Below, piece after piece: positions 40,301-52,344 of a stretch of 64,000 nt of DNA. This DNA comes from Octopus sinensis (Eukaryota). Positions within the stretch are counted from its first letter, which is position 1; each line of letters begins with the position of its first letter. The notes under the pieces are model-generated. The model was not told the origin of the DNA and did no database searches. It saw only the letters and a list, made by a program, of their open reading frames with translations. The DNA lies in the NCBI RefSeq assembly GCF_006345805.1, contig NW_021831284.1, forward strand, positions 1-64,000. Direction: 5' to 3'. The position numbers were made by a program, and so were the translations under genes.

Positions 40301-43300
40301 TTCAAGATAAACATTTAGTATTAAAAAATACAGTTCATCGTTTTTTCAAGTTTCTTCACACAATGAATCACTTTCGGAGGAAGATAATGTGGACGTTTAT
40401 ATTATTTACGGAGACGATAAAAGAGAAAGAATTCTTCGAAATGTTCAAATAAATGCGAATAACGAAAACCAACACGATATAAATATTATGGAATACTATC
40501 AGTACATTATTATTAAATTATATAAGACATCAAATTGATCTATATTCGTACATGTGCCTTGATCGCCAATACATTGCGATAAACACGTTATCCAAGGAAT
40601 TCACTATGGAAATAATAATTAAGTGACTTTAATAAATGGTTTAACTATTAAGGTGCATAAATGACTCATTTTTGTCATATAATTTAAGATCTTCATTTTG
40701 TCGCTTACTCTTACATCTACATATTATCCGGGATCCTCAAGAGCTGGCAATTCCGGTAAAATATTCACGTGTTTGGTCTTCCGTAACAAAAAAGGCAATC
40801 TCCGGGTTAGTGAGATTGTCAATTCTTTATAATTTAGTAATTTAAAAAACGACTCAAAGTCCGAAAAATATTCAAAATTTAGTGAATTATGTCTGTTCCT
40901 AAAAAAATTTATCTTGGACTTACGTAATTCTGAAAAACAGTTTTGCAATGACATTAAAAACGAATTTATTTACGAAGTAAAGTGTGAGTATTGTAATATA
41001 GATGATTAACCTTACAAAACATATGGTCTACTTTGGATTTTTTAATTCTTTTGATCTTAATGAAATGGCAAGCTCTTTACTGGCTATTCTTAACATACAG
41101 TCAGATCACAAGCATAAAGGAAATAAAATTATTTTCCGTATTATTCATTTCAAAAATATTTCAAACTATGTAGAATTTCCAAAGACTGAAAAATTTTCGT
41201 GGTACGAAGATAACAAACGAATTTTTAAAAAATCAGCAAAAGAGAAAATTTTTGATATAAAAACAAAGATACTTGAAATCCTACAAGTAAAAGCTTTTAC
41301 CAACTTTTCCAGTTTATTATAGAAACACATTTAAACAGCACTATTACGCAAATACTATCTTACTACCACAATGAAATAACTATAAATTCTGAAGGTAAAA
41401 TATTTTTTCAGAAATAATAGAGTCGATAGAGAAAATTGCAATCAACATAGAACAACTATATTTAAACAAGTTATTAATTTTATTTATAATATTAAGTGAC
41501 AATGTTATTAACAATTTGGGCTATGTTGAGAACAGCAAAGAATTTTTGCAAGTTATGATTAACCTCATCTTGGATGAAAATTCTAATATAACTTCTTGGG
41601 CTTTGCAAATCTTATTCAAGACATTTTCGACATTTCATGACACAATTAAGACTTTAAAAGAAGTAAACAATAATTATAATTAATTTTAGGTACAACTGTT
41701 GACCACAGACGAAGATATCAATAACTACAATAAAATAAAACAAGATATTCGTCGCCTGAGAATTTTGGTGGACAAATCTGAATTATGGATATATAAAAAG
41801 CAAAAAGAAGAATTTTCCTGTTCAATTTCTCCTAAGGTTGATTCTTTTCTAAATGTCATTAGATTGTTTTAATCGATGAAAATTTTAAAGAACGTGGAGA
41901 ACGGATTACCAGTGGAAAAGAAGATTTCATGCAAAGTAAATCGGTTATTTTTTAATTTAATTTTGTTTTTAGTGCATAAATATTATTAATGAAGATATAA
42001 ATTATTCTTCGGATTCGATAGTAAAAGAAAATTACGTTTTGATGAGAGAAATTTTACAGAGATTGGCAGATTTCTGTGTCAGTGATATATCTGAGTCCAA
42101 ATTAAAAATTCACACAGAGAATCAAAAACTGTTAAAAAATCTTAGAGTAAATAAAGTTATAACTGGCTTGTTGAAAATATCGTACGAAAAAGTTATGGCA
42201 TAAACATAAAAAAATGTAGGAAGACGAATTAATGATCGAAATAATGAAATTGGCTCATATCGCACTGCAGAATCTCTGTCGTGACAATAAAATAAATCAA
42301 ACAATACTTTACAAAGATATCGAATCAATCCTGGAATTTAGCGTACATTTACCATTAAAAAAATAGATTGATGGGATCTGTACTGCCACAGCAATCGTTG
42401 AAAATAATTTAAAAATATGCGAGAGCATGCCTTTGAGTATAATTCAAAAAGTGGTTATGGAAATCGAATCTTTTGGACACAATCCAGAATGTCTCATATT
42501 TCTTCAGAAAATCGTGACTGTCAATAATGAATGCATTAAGCGAAACCAGGAATATGTTTTAAAAGAGGTTTATAGTGGTTCTAAGAATTTACTAGATTTT
42601 GAGTGCTAGTGATAAAGTAATTTTTCTAATTAACAATCGAGAGGCACGAGAGAATTTAAATAAATTAATGTCTTCTGTCAACTGTCAAATAAAATCAAAT
42701 GTTCGTGTTATACCCAGAAAAGTTCTTTATCATATTGAAGTGATAAATTTGCTTACAATGATCACCAAAGGAAAAAATGTGTTTACTGAATTAAAATGTC
42801 AATCACTTGTGACTACTGATGATATAAAAGAGATTCTTTTCACGAATAGCTGCCTCCTTGAGATAAAACTCGCTTATACATATTTTTTGCTTCACTGTTA
42901 CATAGACACTGAGGTGGAAGCTAAGGAATTTTTCCAAAGCGCCATCGTTTGGGAGATATTTGAAAAACTAGTTGAGGATGTTGAGAAGGTTTATTTTAAA
43001 GTTTTTGATAACTCCAGTACACTGAAAACGTTAAAAAAGATTGCCACGAATGTCATATAAATAATAAATACATTTCAACTCTCATAGATGTATTTACATC
43101 ATTCTTTTCGTCCAGTTTTCTTCATTACAGCGGAGCATTACAAGTTATAGTAATTTTTTGCGAATGTGCTTATTTTTAGGCGAGACAGTCATTTTGTCAA
43201 CGAGTTGTGAATTCATTAGTAAAGATGTACGAGTGCGAGTTTCTTAATTCTGAAATGATTAATGCTTCCATAATATGCTTAAAGTCGTTTTGGGACTTGT

Positions 43301-44454
43301 GTAATCAATAATAAATATTAATTTTAAAGTCCATAGTCGGGACATTGCAATGCTTCCAGAAACAGAGAAGAAAGTTACTTCAATTTTTAGCACAAAATAC
43401 CTTATGACCAAATCATCTTTAACGTGGAAAAATACACATTTAAAAAAACAGAAAACGTTAAACAAACAAGGAATTAACGAAATATTTGATGTATCAACTA
43501 TATCATTTTTATTTAAATTAGTCTTTGGTAGAAAAAATGGACGATAAGTTCAAAGATTATTCAAAAATAGAGAATTCAGTATTAATCGAAATTTTTTACC
43601 AGCCGGAATTATGTGTACCAAAAATATCTCCGCTCCATCAAACATATTCAAATGGAAAACTAATTTCCTCGTTAACTCAATGTTATATAATTATAGTATA
43701 ATTTCTCATATATCAGAAAAAATTAAACAAAGCAAAGACTTTGGAATTATCTCTCGCTTGCTAGATGCCATTATAGCAATGATATATGTTAAAAATACTA
43801 AAACTGAAGTATAGTTTTATTCAATAATGTTACAGGAGAACTGGCTGAAAAATAAACTGACAAATCGATATTTTGACAAATCCTATTTTTACATGGAAAA
43901 TGGGTACTTGAGAAATAAATCTGACGATTTTAATTATTTCCTATTAAAGAAACGAGAAGTTGCTGATATGCAGGTAAATTTTTCAATCCCACTTGCAAGA
44001 CATATTTAAACGAAAAAGGAATAGCCAAACTTCTAGTAGAGCTTATCATTAATAGCACCTGTACAAACAGTTTTCTGAAATCCGTTCAATTAGGAATAGC
44101 ATTATTGGACGGCGGAAACGTTTCTGTTCAAGTAGAATCGAATAAATATTTAAATATAGAAAAAATTATACACAAATATAGTCGAATGCAAAAATGCCGA
44201 AATTTTTTTTCAAAATATTAAAAAATACATGGAAAAAGCCCGACAGGCGTGTAAAATATCTTATCAATCAGCAGTAAAACCACTTTTGGAAGATTTCAAT
44301 AATTTAAGTATATTTTAAATAGTACAATATTTATTAGATCGGAGTAAGGGATCAGAAAGAAAGAAAATAGACAAGCTTCTTGAATCTTTAAATATTATCA
44401 AATCAAAAAATCAAACTTCTCAGTTTATAGCAATTTTTATATAAAATATTAAAG
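34202..44454 (+). repeat. Second copy of the segment at 1-12998 (initial offset 34,201 bp), without the LINE
   Basis: ORF tracks are identical at a constant offset (794/34995, 1210/35411, 6801/41002), and direct sequence comparison agrees. Confidence 0.95.
34825..37483 (+). CDS. CPSF2: CPSF100, copy B, multi-exon
   Basis: Essentially identical to 624-3282; one substitution was seen (AACTTTGAT vs AACTTGGAT, F/L). Confidence 0.96.
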
Positions 44455-47126
44455 AAATCAAACCTCACCTGTCGATCAGCAACAAAAAGATTCAATTGAG
44501 GTTTCAGTCCCAATTTTACGCTTTCTCCAACTAATGTGTGAAAACCACAACTGGGATATGCAAGTTCCTCTTCAATTATAATAAATATTAAGAATATGTT
44601 GAGAAATCAAAATCTTAAAAGTTCACATAATTTTATTGTGGAAACCTTGCTGTTTATTGAGACCATTTTTGAAAATACAAGTGGAGGAATGGATTTGTTG
44701 GGATTATACTTGAACGAATCAAATGTCGATCTCATCGAACAAACAATGATAACCCTCATTGAATTTTGTCAAGGTCCTTGCCATGAAAATCAGGTGAAAT
44801 CCTGTTATTTGTCTAAAATTAGATGGCCATTGTATTACATGAAAGTAATGGAATTGACATTATTAGTGCTATTCTAACAAACGACATACTTCCTTTGGCC
44901 TCTCAGCGTCCGGATCTTGTTTATAAATTAAAAGTTATAACTTAAAAAACAAGTTATTCTTAGGATACTGCATCTAAATTATTGTTGGCTATAATAGAAA
45001 GTCGGTCTGATATTGAAATTGCAAAAAAAGTCAGCAATTCCATGAATCTTCAACAACTTGTAAAATAACTGCTAAAAAACTTTCAGCTTAATGTTGCAAG
45101 AAGAGCATACCATCAAGGAGTAACTGAAATACACACAGTATCACCGCTCTCTGTAGGACACAATATTTATATTTTGGCATATCAGGTAGTATAACCTAGG
45201 AATATCTTCTAGCTTGCTCAACACGACGAAAATATGCAAAGTTTTATGAAAGAAGAGATTAAATCTGATCCTGCAATCAAATATTTTCATTCTAGAACAT
45301 CACAAATCGAAGTATAACTGATATTTCAGTCGTTTTTAAGATTGTACGAAGCGATCGCACTATTGAATCCATTGTTTTTCCAATCCCAGATCTGTCCAAA
45401 TATTTGACCAAAGAAACAAAAACTCGAGTTTTCCTAGAAACAGAAGTCGACGAAAAAAACAGCAAAATTTCTAACTTTTTTAATCAAGCGGATGACATGT
45501 ACAAAGAAATGCTGTGGCAGAAAAAATTAAGATGTTTAAATATCTGTTCTCCTATAAACATTTAGATAATCCATTGTTGTTTTATATTTCAAACAATGAA
45601 ACTTTTTGGAGTAAGATGGTTGTACTTATTGCAATATTACTGAATTTGGTTGTCATTTTTTTCTATCCATTCAATACAAAATCAGACGGTAAATTAGAAC
45701 GATTTATAATATTATAGTTTCATATGGACAGTATTCTAACTTCATTACATTTTTGATTATAATTTTCGTTTTTAGCTTTATGTGGTTTAAAAAACTATCA
45801 TACATCGCCGGAATATTAACTATCATTTTAATGAAGATAAATTTTTTCATTGGGATAAAATCAGTTGCAGTTCTCCTTGGAATAATTAATGCAATAAGAT
45901 TTTACTTAAGATTTTAGGTTTTCATGAAAACAATACACTTGATTGCAATATTTGGAAATATAGGAACGTTTAGACTCAGAACAATCTTTGAAAACAAGAC
46001 AGTCAGTTATAATACGATTTATCTATTTATCTGCCTTGCTGGTCTTTTCTATCATGAACTAATATACGGAATTTTGGTTTCTACTAAGTTTGCAAATTGT
46101 TTAGCTCCTTGATGTGGTTTATCGAGAAGAAACGTTATACAATGTTATTCGTTCGGTTACTAGAAATGGACGTTCGATAATTCTCACTGGAGTGTTGGCC
46201 GTTATTTTAGTCTACTTATTTTCGATTGTCGGTTATCTATTATTTAAAGATGACTTTCTCCTGAATGTCGAACTGACCGATAAAATAACAGGCTAGCTGT
46301 CGTTTTAATTCAATTTATAGACAACCTTCTCAATTTGAATGAAATAGAAAAAACTGAAATCGTAGAAAGTGGATGTGAGACGTTGCTCATGTGTTTTCTT
46401 ACAACTTTAAATAACGGTTTCCGCAGTGGCGGTGGGATTGGCGACATTCTTCGGACTCCAAGCACTAAAGTCATTAATTTGTTATAATTAATTATTAGGA
46501 ACTTGTTTTTTTGCCGCGAATTTTGTATGATCTTATATTCTTTTTCACCATAATTGTTATTGTCCTCAATCTTATATTTGGAGTGATCATTGATACTTTT
46601 GCAGATTTAAGATCTGAAAAATATCAAAAAGAGGAAACACTGCGCAATACATGTTTTATTTGTGGTCTTTTATTTTTTTGTTTTAAAATATCTCAGGTCT
46701 CCACAGATCTTCTTTCGAAAACAAAAAAATCTCATACGAACAACATATTAATAGTGTTCACAATATGTGGCACTATTTTTATTTTATCACGTTAATAAAA
46801 ATTAAAGACCCTACCGAATTTACAGGACCAGAAAGTTATGTTCATATGATGATAGAGGTGCCTTTTAAATAATATTTTGGAGAATCGTAAATTGGAGTGG
46901 TTTCCTCGTATGAGAACAATTTCTTTAGACATTGAAAGTAATGAAGATGAAGATGATGATCATCTATATAGAAAAGAACTTTATAAAATTTATTCGGAGT
47001 TAAATGTTTATTTTAATATGCATTTTTATAATTTAGAAAATCACAATGAATTTGGAAGATCTCAGGAACACGCTTTCTGGGAATTTTAATGATCAAAATC
47101 TCGATATGATTATTAAAAACGAATGA
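37888..47126 (+). CDS. ITPR: Inositol 1,4,5-trisphosphate receptor, apparently intact, dozens of tiny introns
   Basis: Reads [24 protein letters not shown]|[85 protein letters not shown] (pore), [40 protein letters not shown]. The stop codon is predicted by splicing. Confidence 0.96.
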
Positions 47127-47264
47127 AATCTTTAATTATTTAAAAACATTACATTTATTCAGATTTTCAATTTATTCTATTTTACAAATTTAATTCTATG
47201 ATAAAATTAAAATCCAAAATATGCTGGCAGTTCAAAATAATTTTTGCCTGTGATAAATTAAGTT

Positions 47265-47560
47265 ATTTTTAACAATCTCCCCGGTGACCTTATCATGGAC
47301 CACAATATCGGGTTTGTTATGCTGGACAACAATTTGGGTGCGTATTAGGGTATCTACTTTAATGCAGATCTTCGAGTTTTCACACACCAATTGAAATCGA
47401 TGGGTTTTTAACTTTTTTACGTAGCTGGGTTAGAGAAAAACGTTGAAAAATCTGTGACGAATCTTAACTTCTTGCCTGCTAGTTTCTATGTGCAAAGAGA
47501 TTTTTAACAAGTTCAATCCAGATGAGTCAATATGTTTGTTAATTAACTAACTTAATTAAA
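47265..47560 (-). mobile_element. Degenerate RLE-domain fragment of an R4/NeSL-like retrotransposon
   Basis: Reads VCENSKICIKVDTLIRTQIVVQHNKPDIVVHDKVTGEI, a typical HN(R/K)PDI restriction-like endonuclease motif. Confidence 0.6.
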
Positions 47561-48039
47561 GCTTTTGAAGTAATCAAAACGCGGGAATCTAACCTCTACC
47601 CTCCTTCTTTTTCTTATTCTAAAAATAAAAATGCCTCAGAAAATATGCAGCTGTCGAGCATGGAGTTTGTTCTAATAGAGTTTTAGACTAGAAGAGTCAT
47701 AAGGAAAGTTAAACTACCGTTGAAAATTATTTTGTTCATATAGCGACTTCCGGAATGTTAAAAGAAAAATGTCTAAATGCCATACGCGGAATCCTCAGAC
47801 TCATCGTTTAAAATCTTTAACAGCCTCTTTTAAAATAAATATTTTTCCTTTCTTTAAAAAAATAATTATTAAATGGAAATGAGGATTCGCCAGTGGCCGC
47901 ACCGCGAATAGCAAAAAAGTTACCTCGCAATAATTGGATTTTTGTTGTTGTTGATTTGTTCTTGTATAAATGCATCGTAATTCAAAAAATATTTTTTTCG
48001 GATTTTACAAAAAAGGTGATAATTGGACATTATTCTTCC

Positions 48040-48400
48040 AGAAAAACAATTAAAGAGATATTTAAAATGTCAAAAATTCAAGATTGACTGTGGAATTTAG
48101 AACAAGAAATATTTCCAAAGACGGAACGACAATGCGAAAATTGGATCAGGACGTCCCCCGAAGTTCTCTTTAGATAAAAAAACACATTACAATTATCTCT
48201 AGGAATAAACCATCAATTTCTGCTGTGTCTCTTTCTGAAATTGCCAAAACCAACTGTAATTTTGTCATCTCTCCCAAAACAATTAGTCGGATACTGGATT
48301 CATTTGGGTTGTATGCCAAATAACCAAAACATAAGCCTCTTCCAATATCGGTGGAGAAAAGTTAATGGTCTAGAGGTGTTTCTCATATAAAGGTGCGAGC
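48040..48400 (+). pseudogene. Tc1-like transposase N-terminal (HTH) remnant
   Basis: Reads RKIGSGRPPKFS..NKPSISAVSLSEI..ISPKTISRILDSFGLYAK*PKHKPL, with stops and frameshifts. Confidence 0.6.
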
Positions 48401-48619
48401 AATCTTATCATCATTAATAGAAAAATGAACAGTGAGAATATATAAACATCTTTTAAAATAATCTGAACAATCAGCAAGATAATACCCCTTTCCATACTTC
48501 GCAGACAGTAACTGAACATGATTTATTAAAAAAGAAACTAATTAACTAAGTAATTTTACTAAGTCCAGAGCCTTCGAAGTGAGCAGAAGGTGGCACTCCA
48601 CGCACCTCCTCCCCTTCTT

Positions 48620-48833
48620 CCTCCTCTTCTCTGGCACTTTAGACCTTCGAGAAGGTGCAGTACAGCGCCTTTTGCTGACTAAACGTCAGGAAAGGGCTGG
48701 ATCGGCGAGCATCAAACGAGACACTTTCCAGAGTCCTCTTAAGAACAGTTGACTGTATATAAGCCTGTAGAGACTTATCTACATCCAACTGTCTTAAGTA
48801 CTGCTTGTGGTATTTGGTGACCAGTCCATGACA
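48620..48833 (-). mobile_element. 3' end of an R4/NeSL-like RLE retrotransposon
   Basis: Reads GLVTKYHKQYLRQLDVDKSLQAYIQSTVLKRTLESVSFDARR, similar to RLE C-termini. Confidence 0.55.
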
Positions 48834-49150
48834 GTAACTGTCACAGGCTGGATAATGCCCTGGGTTGGATTATACCCCCTTAAAATTTTTTTTAAAATCA
48901 AACGAAAATAACCTGATAATTAATTAAAAATAACTTGATAATGGAATTAATTCGATTTATTCAATTTTTTATCCATTTTTTGATTGAAAGAATTTTTCAA
49001 AGAGTCGGCAAAAACCGGCATCACCAATTTTTCCGAATCAATAACGTATTTTATTATAATTATACAATTTTTTAGGTCTACCATTTAAAAACAAATATTA
49101 AAAATTCATGAATTTTTATTATATAAAAATTTTTTATAAGAGTCATATTT

Positions 49151-50228
49151 GCTTTTACCTAACAATGGGGATTTCGTGGAGGAAGATCCACAGGGGACTG
49201 CCTCAGGGAGTTAGAGCACCAATTATCCCGTGCTGACAGAAATGAAGCATGGCTAACTGTGGTGTGTCTGGATCTGGCCAAAGCCTTCGATAGCGTGTGG
49301 CACCTGGGCCTACTCTCCAGAATCCATGACATCGGAGCCGGGATAAAGACCTATCGATGGCTGGAGAGCTTCTTGTCAGGAAGACAATCATTTGTCCGCT
49401 GTGGAAACCGCCTATCTGGGTGTGTGGAACTTAGAAGGGGAGTCCCGCAGGGATCTATCTTGAGTCCACTTCTGTTCAACCTCTTCTTGGCGGACATTCC
49501 TCTGCCGTCGACACGTACTGGCAAGCTCGTTATCTATGCTGACGATATCCTGGTCATGGATACCTCGAAAAGGATATCGCAGTCTTGGAGACGACTGAAA
49601 TCATACATTGCAACGCTAAAGATGTGGACTATAGAGAAGGGTTTGACCCTAGCACCGGAGAAGAGCACCATTTCATGGTTGCGGAGAGGGAGTCGCTATG
49701 CGGAGTCTTGTGCATATGCGATGAGTAGCTATGTGATGGATCTCTCGAAAAGAAAAAATCTTTCTTACCTGGGAGCAACCATTAACTGTCGTGGCTCGTA
49801 CGTAGAGCATATAGCAAATCAGAGAAAGAGGAGTGTGAGGATCCTCAAAAGCTTAACCAGGTTCCATCTGGATCCGGAAACGTACATCTACGTATACAAA
49901 ACGTGTGTGCAGCCAGTCCTCACATATGGCTACGAGGGCTGGTACGGTACGGAGGAGAGTGACTACCTGATCGAACAGTTGGAAAAGACAAGACGTTTCG
50001 CTATGAAATTGGCTTACGGAGTACAACTTGACGGAAGGCTAAAAGACTCACAAGAATCCTCTGTGCCCACGATCCGGATGGTCTTGGAGAATTGTCGTCA
50101 AACATGACTAGTATTGGGATACGCATGGAAAGAGACACTTCGGTGCCTTGTTTTTATCTCCCCGCCGATGTTTTTCTTCCTTGTTTTTCTTTTTCTTTTC
50201 GCTCAATAAACACTATTCTATTCTATTC
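49151..50228 (+). mobile_element. 5'-truncated Jockey/I-like LINE (RT C-terminal half)
   Basis: Reads LDLAKAFDSVWHLGLL, GVPQGSILSPLLFNLF, YADD. The 3' end is AATAAA + (TATTC)3. 14-bp TSD TAAGAGTCATATTT at 49137-49150 and 50229-50242. Same family as 8005-10767. Confidence 0.92.
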
Positions 50229-50239
50229 TAAGAGTCATA

Positions 50240-51773
50240 TTTTTTTTATACGACTTTTGTGTACATATTTGGATGATTCGTCATTAAAATCTTTAAGTAC
50301 GCATTTGTCTTTATCAACCTCCGATATTTCATATATAGTGGAATCAATCTGATCGTATAGGGGGTATTTTCGGTTATTTGGATTCGCATCAATATCATGT
50401 CTCAATCGTCCTCGTTACAAATAACTGGCCTTTCTACTTGACCCTGAATCCATGGTGCTTTAGGGCGTCCACTTATGTGTATGATTTTCAGATCATTACA
50501 CATTGTTTCCGTACATTTGTTCTTAAATTCTTTCCCATTATCCGTCTGTAAAATAAATGGGGGACCAATCATGTAAAAAATGATCTTTAATTTTCTAGTA
50601 ATTTCCTCCGCTGATTTCCGCCTGGCAAGTTTTACAACTGCGAATTTAGAAAATGAGTCTATAACCACAACCAACTACAATTTATACAAAAAATACCCAT
50701 CCATTATCGCTATTAAGGCTAGCATACCTTCTTAAATCCACTAAATCTGCAATATAGCGATCTTTAGGCCCTCTTGCAATAATAGGAGTGATTGTTGGCT
50801 TAGTCGCCATCAACTTTTTTGACTAAAAATAATTCAATACATATGCACCTGACAGTGAACGCATTTTGAGATCACAGCAGTAATTTCGTCTCGGGTTACT
50901 GCATAAATTTCCTTTCTCAATATCGAAAGCAACTTATCTCTTCCAAAATGTGTCCTCATATGTTCAATCTATAATAATTATGTAATGATCACGATCACCT
51001 CGATAGTTTTTAGTTTAAGTTCCTTTTCTTCTTTGGGAAAAAAGCGTAACCTCTGGTTTTTGTATTTTATGTATACTATCCCTTCCTCCTCGAAAATTAA
51101 CTGTTCTGCTAATTTTCTGTATCTTTTCTTTTTAGATTTCTGAAATCGGTCAATATAAAAAACATCTACAGTGCAACCCCTTATTGGGGCGACCCCGGAC
51201 GTGGGGCACCCTCGGGTTTTGGGGCAATTTGAATTTCTATTAGGAGTTTTTCTGTTTATTCTTTATAAGATAAACCCCGTTATGGGGCATTTAATATTCT
51301 ATATATTTTTTAGTTATAATTTTTGAATTTTATTTTATAATGACTAATAATAACGTGTTTCTGTTGTTTTGATGGATGTAATTTTGATGGATGTGAAGGT
51401 TCTGATGGCTTCAGAGAACCCGATAATAGTGATAAACATTCATTTCTCGACAAGGTCGTTTTGGATCGATTAATTTGACAATGGATCGATTAATTTGACA
51501 ATGGATCGATTAATTCAAAAGTACCAATTCGGAGCGAAAATAACGGATCATTTGCCGACAAGTAAAGATTAAAATTGTTAAATGAAATTAAGAATAAACA
51601 TCTTTTGGTTTTAAATTAACAAAACGTTAGTTTTTTTCGTTAATATTAGAAAACCCCTCTATCTGGGGAAACCCCTGTTTTTGGGGCACTAGGTGCCCCA
51701 AAAAGAGGTTAGACTGTATTTGAATATTTTTGATTACTTCAAGTTCATCTTTGGTAAGGTTGAGTAAAACCAT
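50240..51773 (-). pseudogene. Transposon 2 integrase: MITE-interrupted, internally deleted
   Basis: Reads MVLLNLTKDEL, GWLVVVIDSFSK, LQTDNGKEFKN, QGQVER, then jumps to HDIDANPNNRKYPLYD..VHKSRIKK. A 22-nt intron at 50675-50696 is in the same position as in transposon 1. Confidence 0.85.
51169..51716. mobile_element. Tc1/mariner/pogo-type MITE
   Basis: TA|CAGTGCAACCCC...GAGGTTAGACTG|TA with imperfect TIRs and a TA TSD. Removing it restores the integrase frame (IQIDVFY). Contains an internal 20-bp repeat x3 (TGGATCGATTAATTTGACAA). Confidence 0.82.
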
Positions 51774-52039
51774 TTCTGAAAAAAAGATTTGATCGATTAT
51801 ACTTATTATTTTTTCAAATTGGAAAACTTAGATAACCAAAACAAATTTTCACGCTAGATTAATTTGAAAAAAACTTTGATAAATTAGTAAAATAATTAAG
51901 AAAATCAAAAAATCTAATCAAAATTAATTTGAAAAAATATTTATTTTTTTAAAATAACGTTGAGGGGGCATTATCCAACCAAGGGCATTATCCAGCCGGT
52001 GACAGTAACTGAATATATAAAAGATAAAAAATATACTAT

Positions 52040-52200
52040 TCTTGATCAGGCCTCTCAATCACCTGGCCCGAATCCGATAGATCATGTTTGGGTGACGATA
52101 AAGAGTAAATTATTGCAAAATTTCCCCAAATAATTGAAAGATTTTGAAACAAAATTATTTGACAATATGGGAGTCACTACCAAAAAGTTTATGGGGCACG
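52040..52200 (+). pseudogene. Tc1-like transposase C-terminal remnant
   Basis: LDQASQSPGPNPIDHVWVTIKSKL resembles the WPxxSPDLNPIENxW motif. Confidence 0.6.
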
Positions 52201-52344
52201 AAGGGAGATGTAAAATTATTAAATTTTTAATTAATTTAAATTTTGCTTTAAAATTAAATTTTAAAAGGGACAAATAAATTTTAATATCACAAAAATAATT
52301 AAAATTTTCCAAGAATTGTATTAATATGACAAAAAATGCAAATA

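Larger units (their letters stand above)
48839..52004 (-). mobile_element. Ginger/TDD-like DDE-integrase DNA transposon 2
   Basis: 42-bp TIRs TGTCAC(A/C)GGCTGGATAATGCCCT... (48839-48880 and 51963-52004, 4 mismatches) with a 5-bp TSD GTAAC (48834-48838, 52005-52009). Confidence 0.88.
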
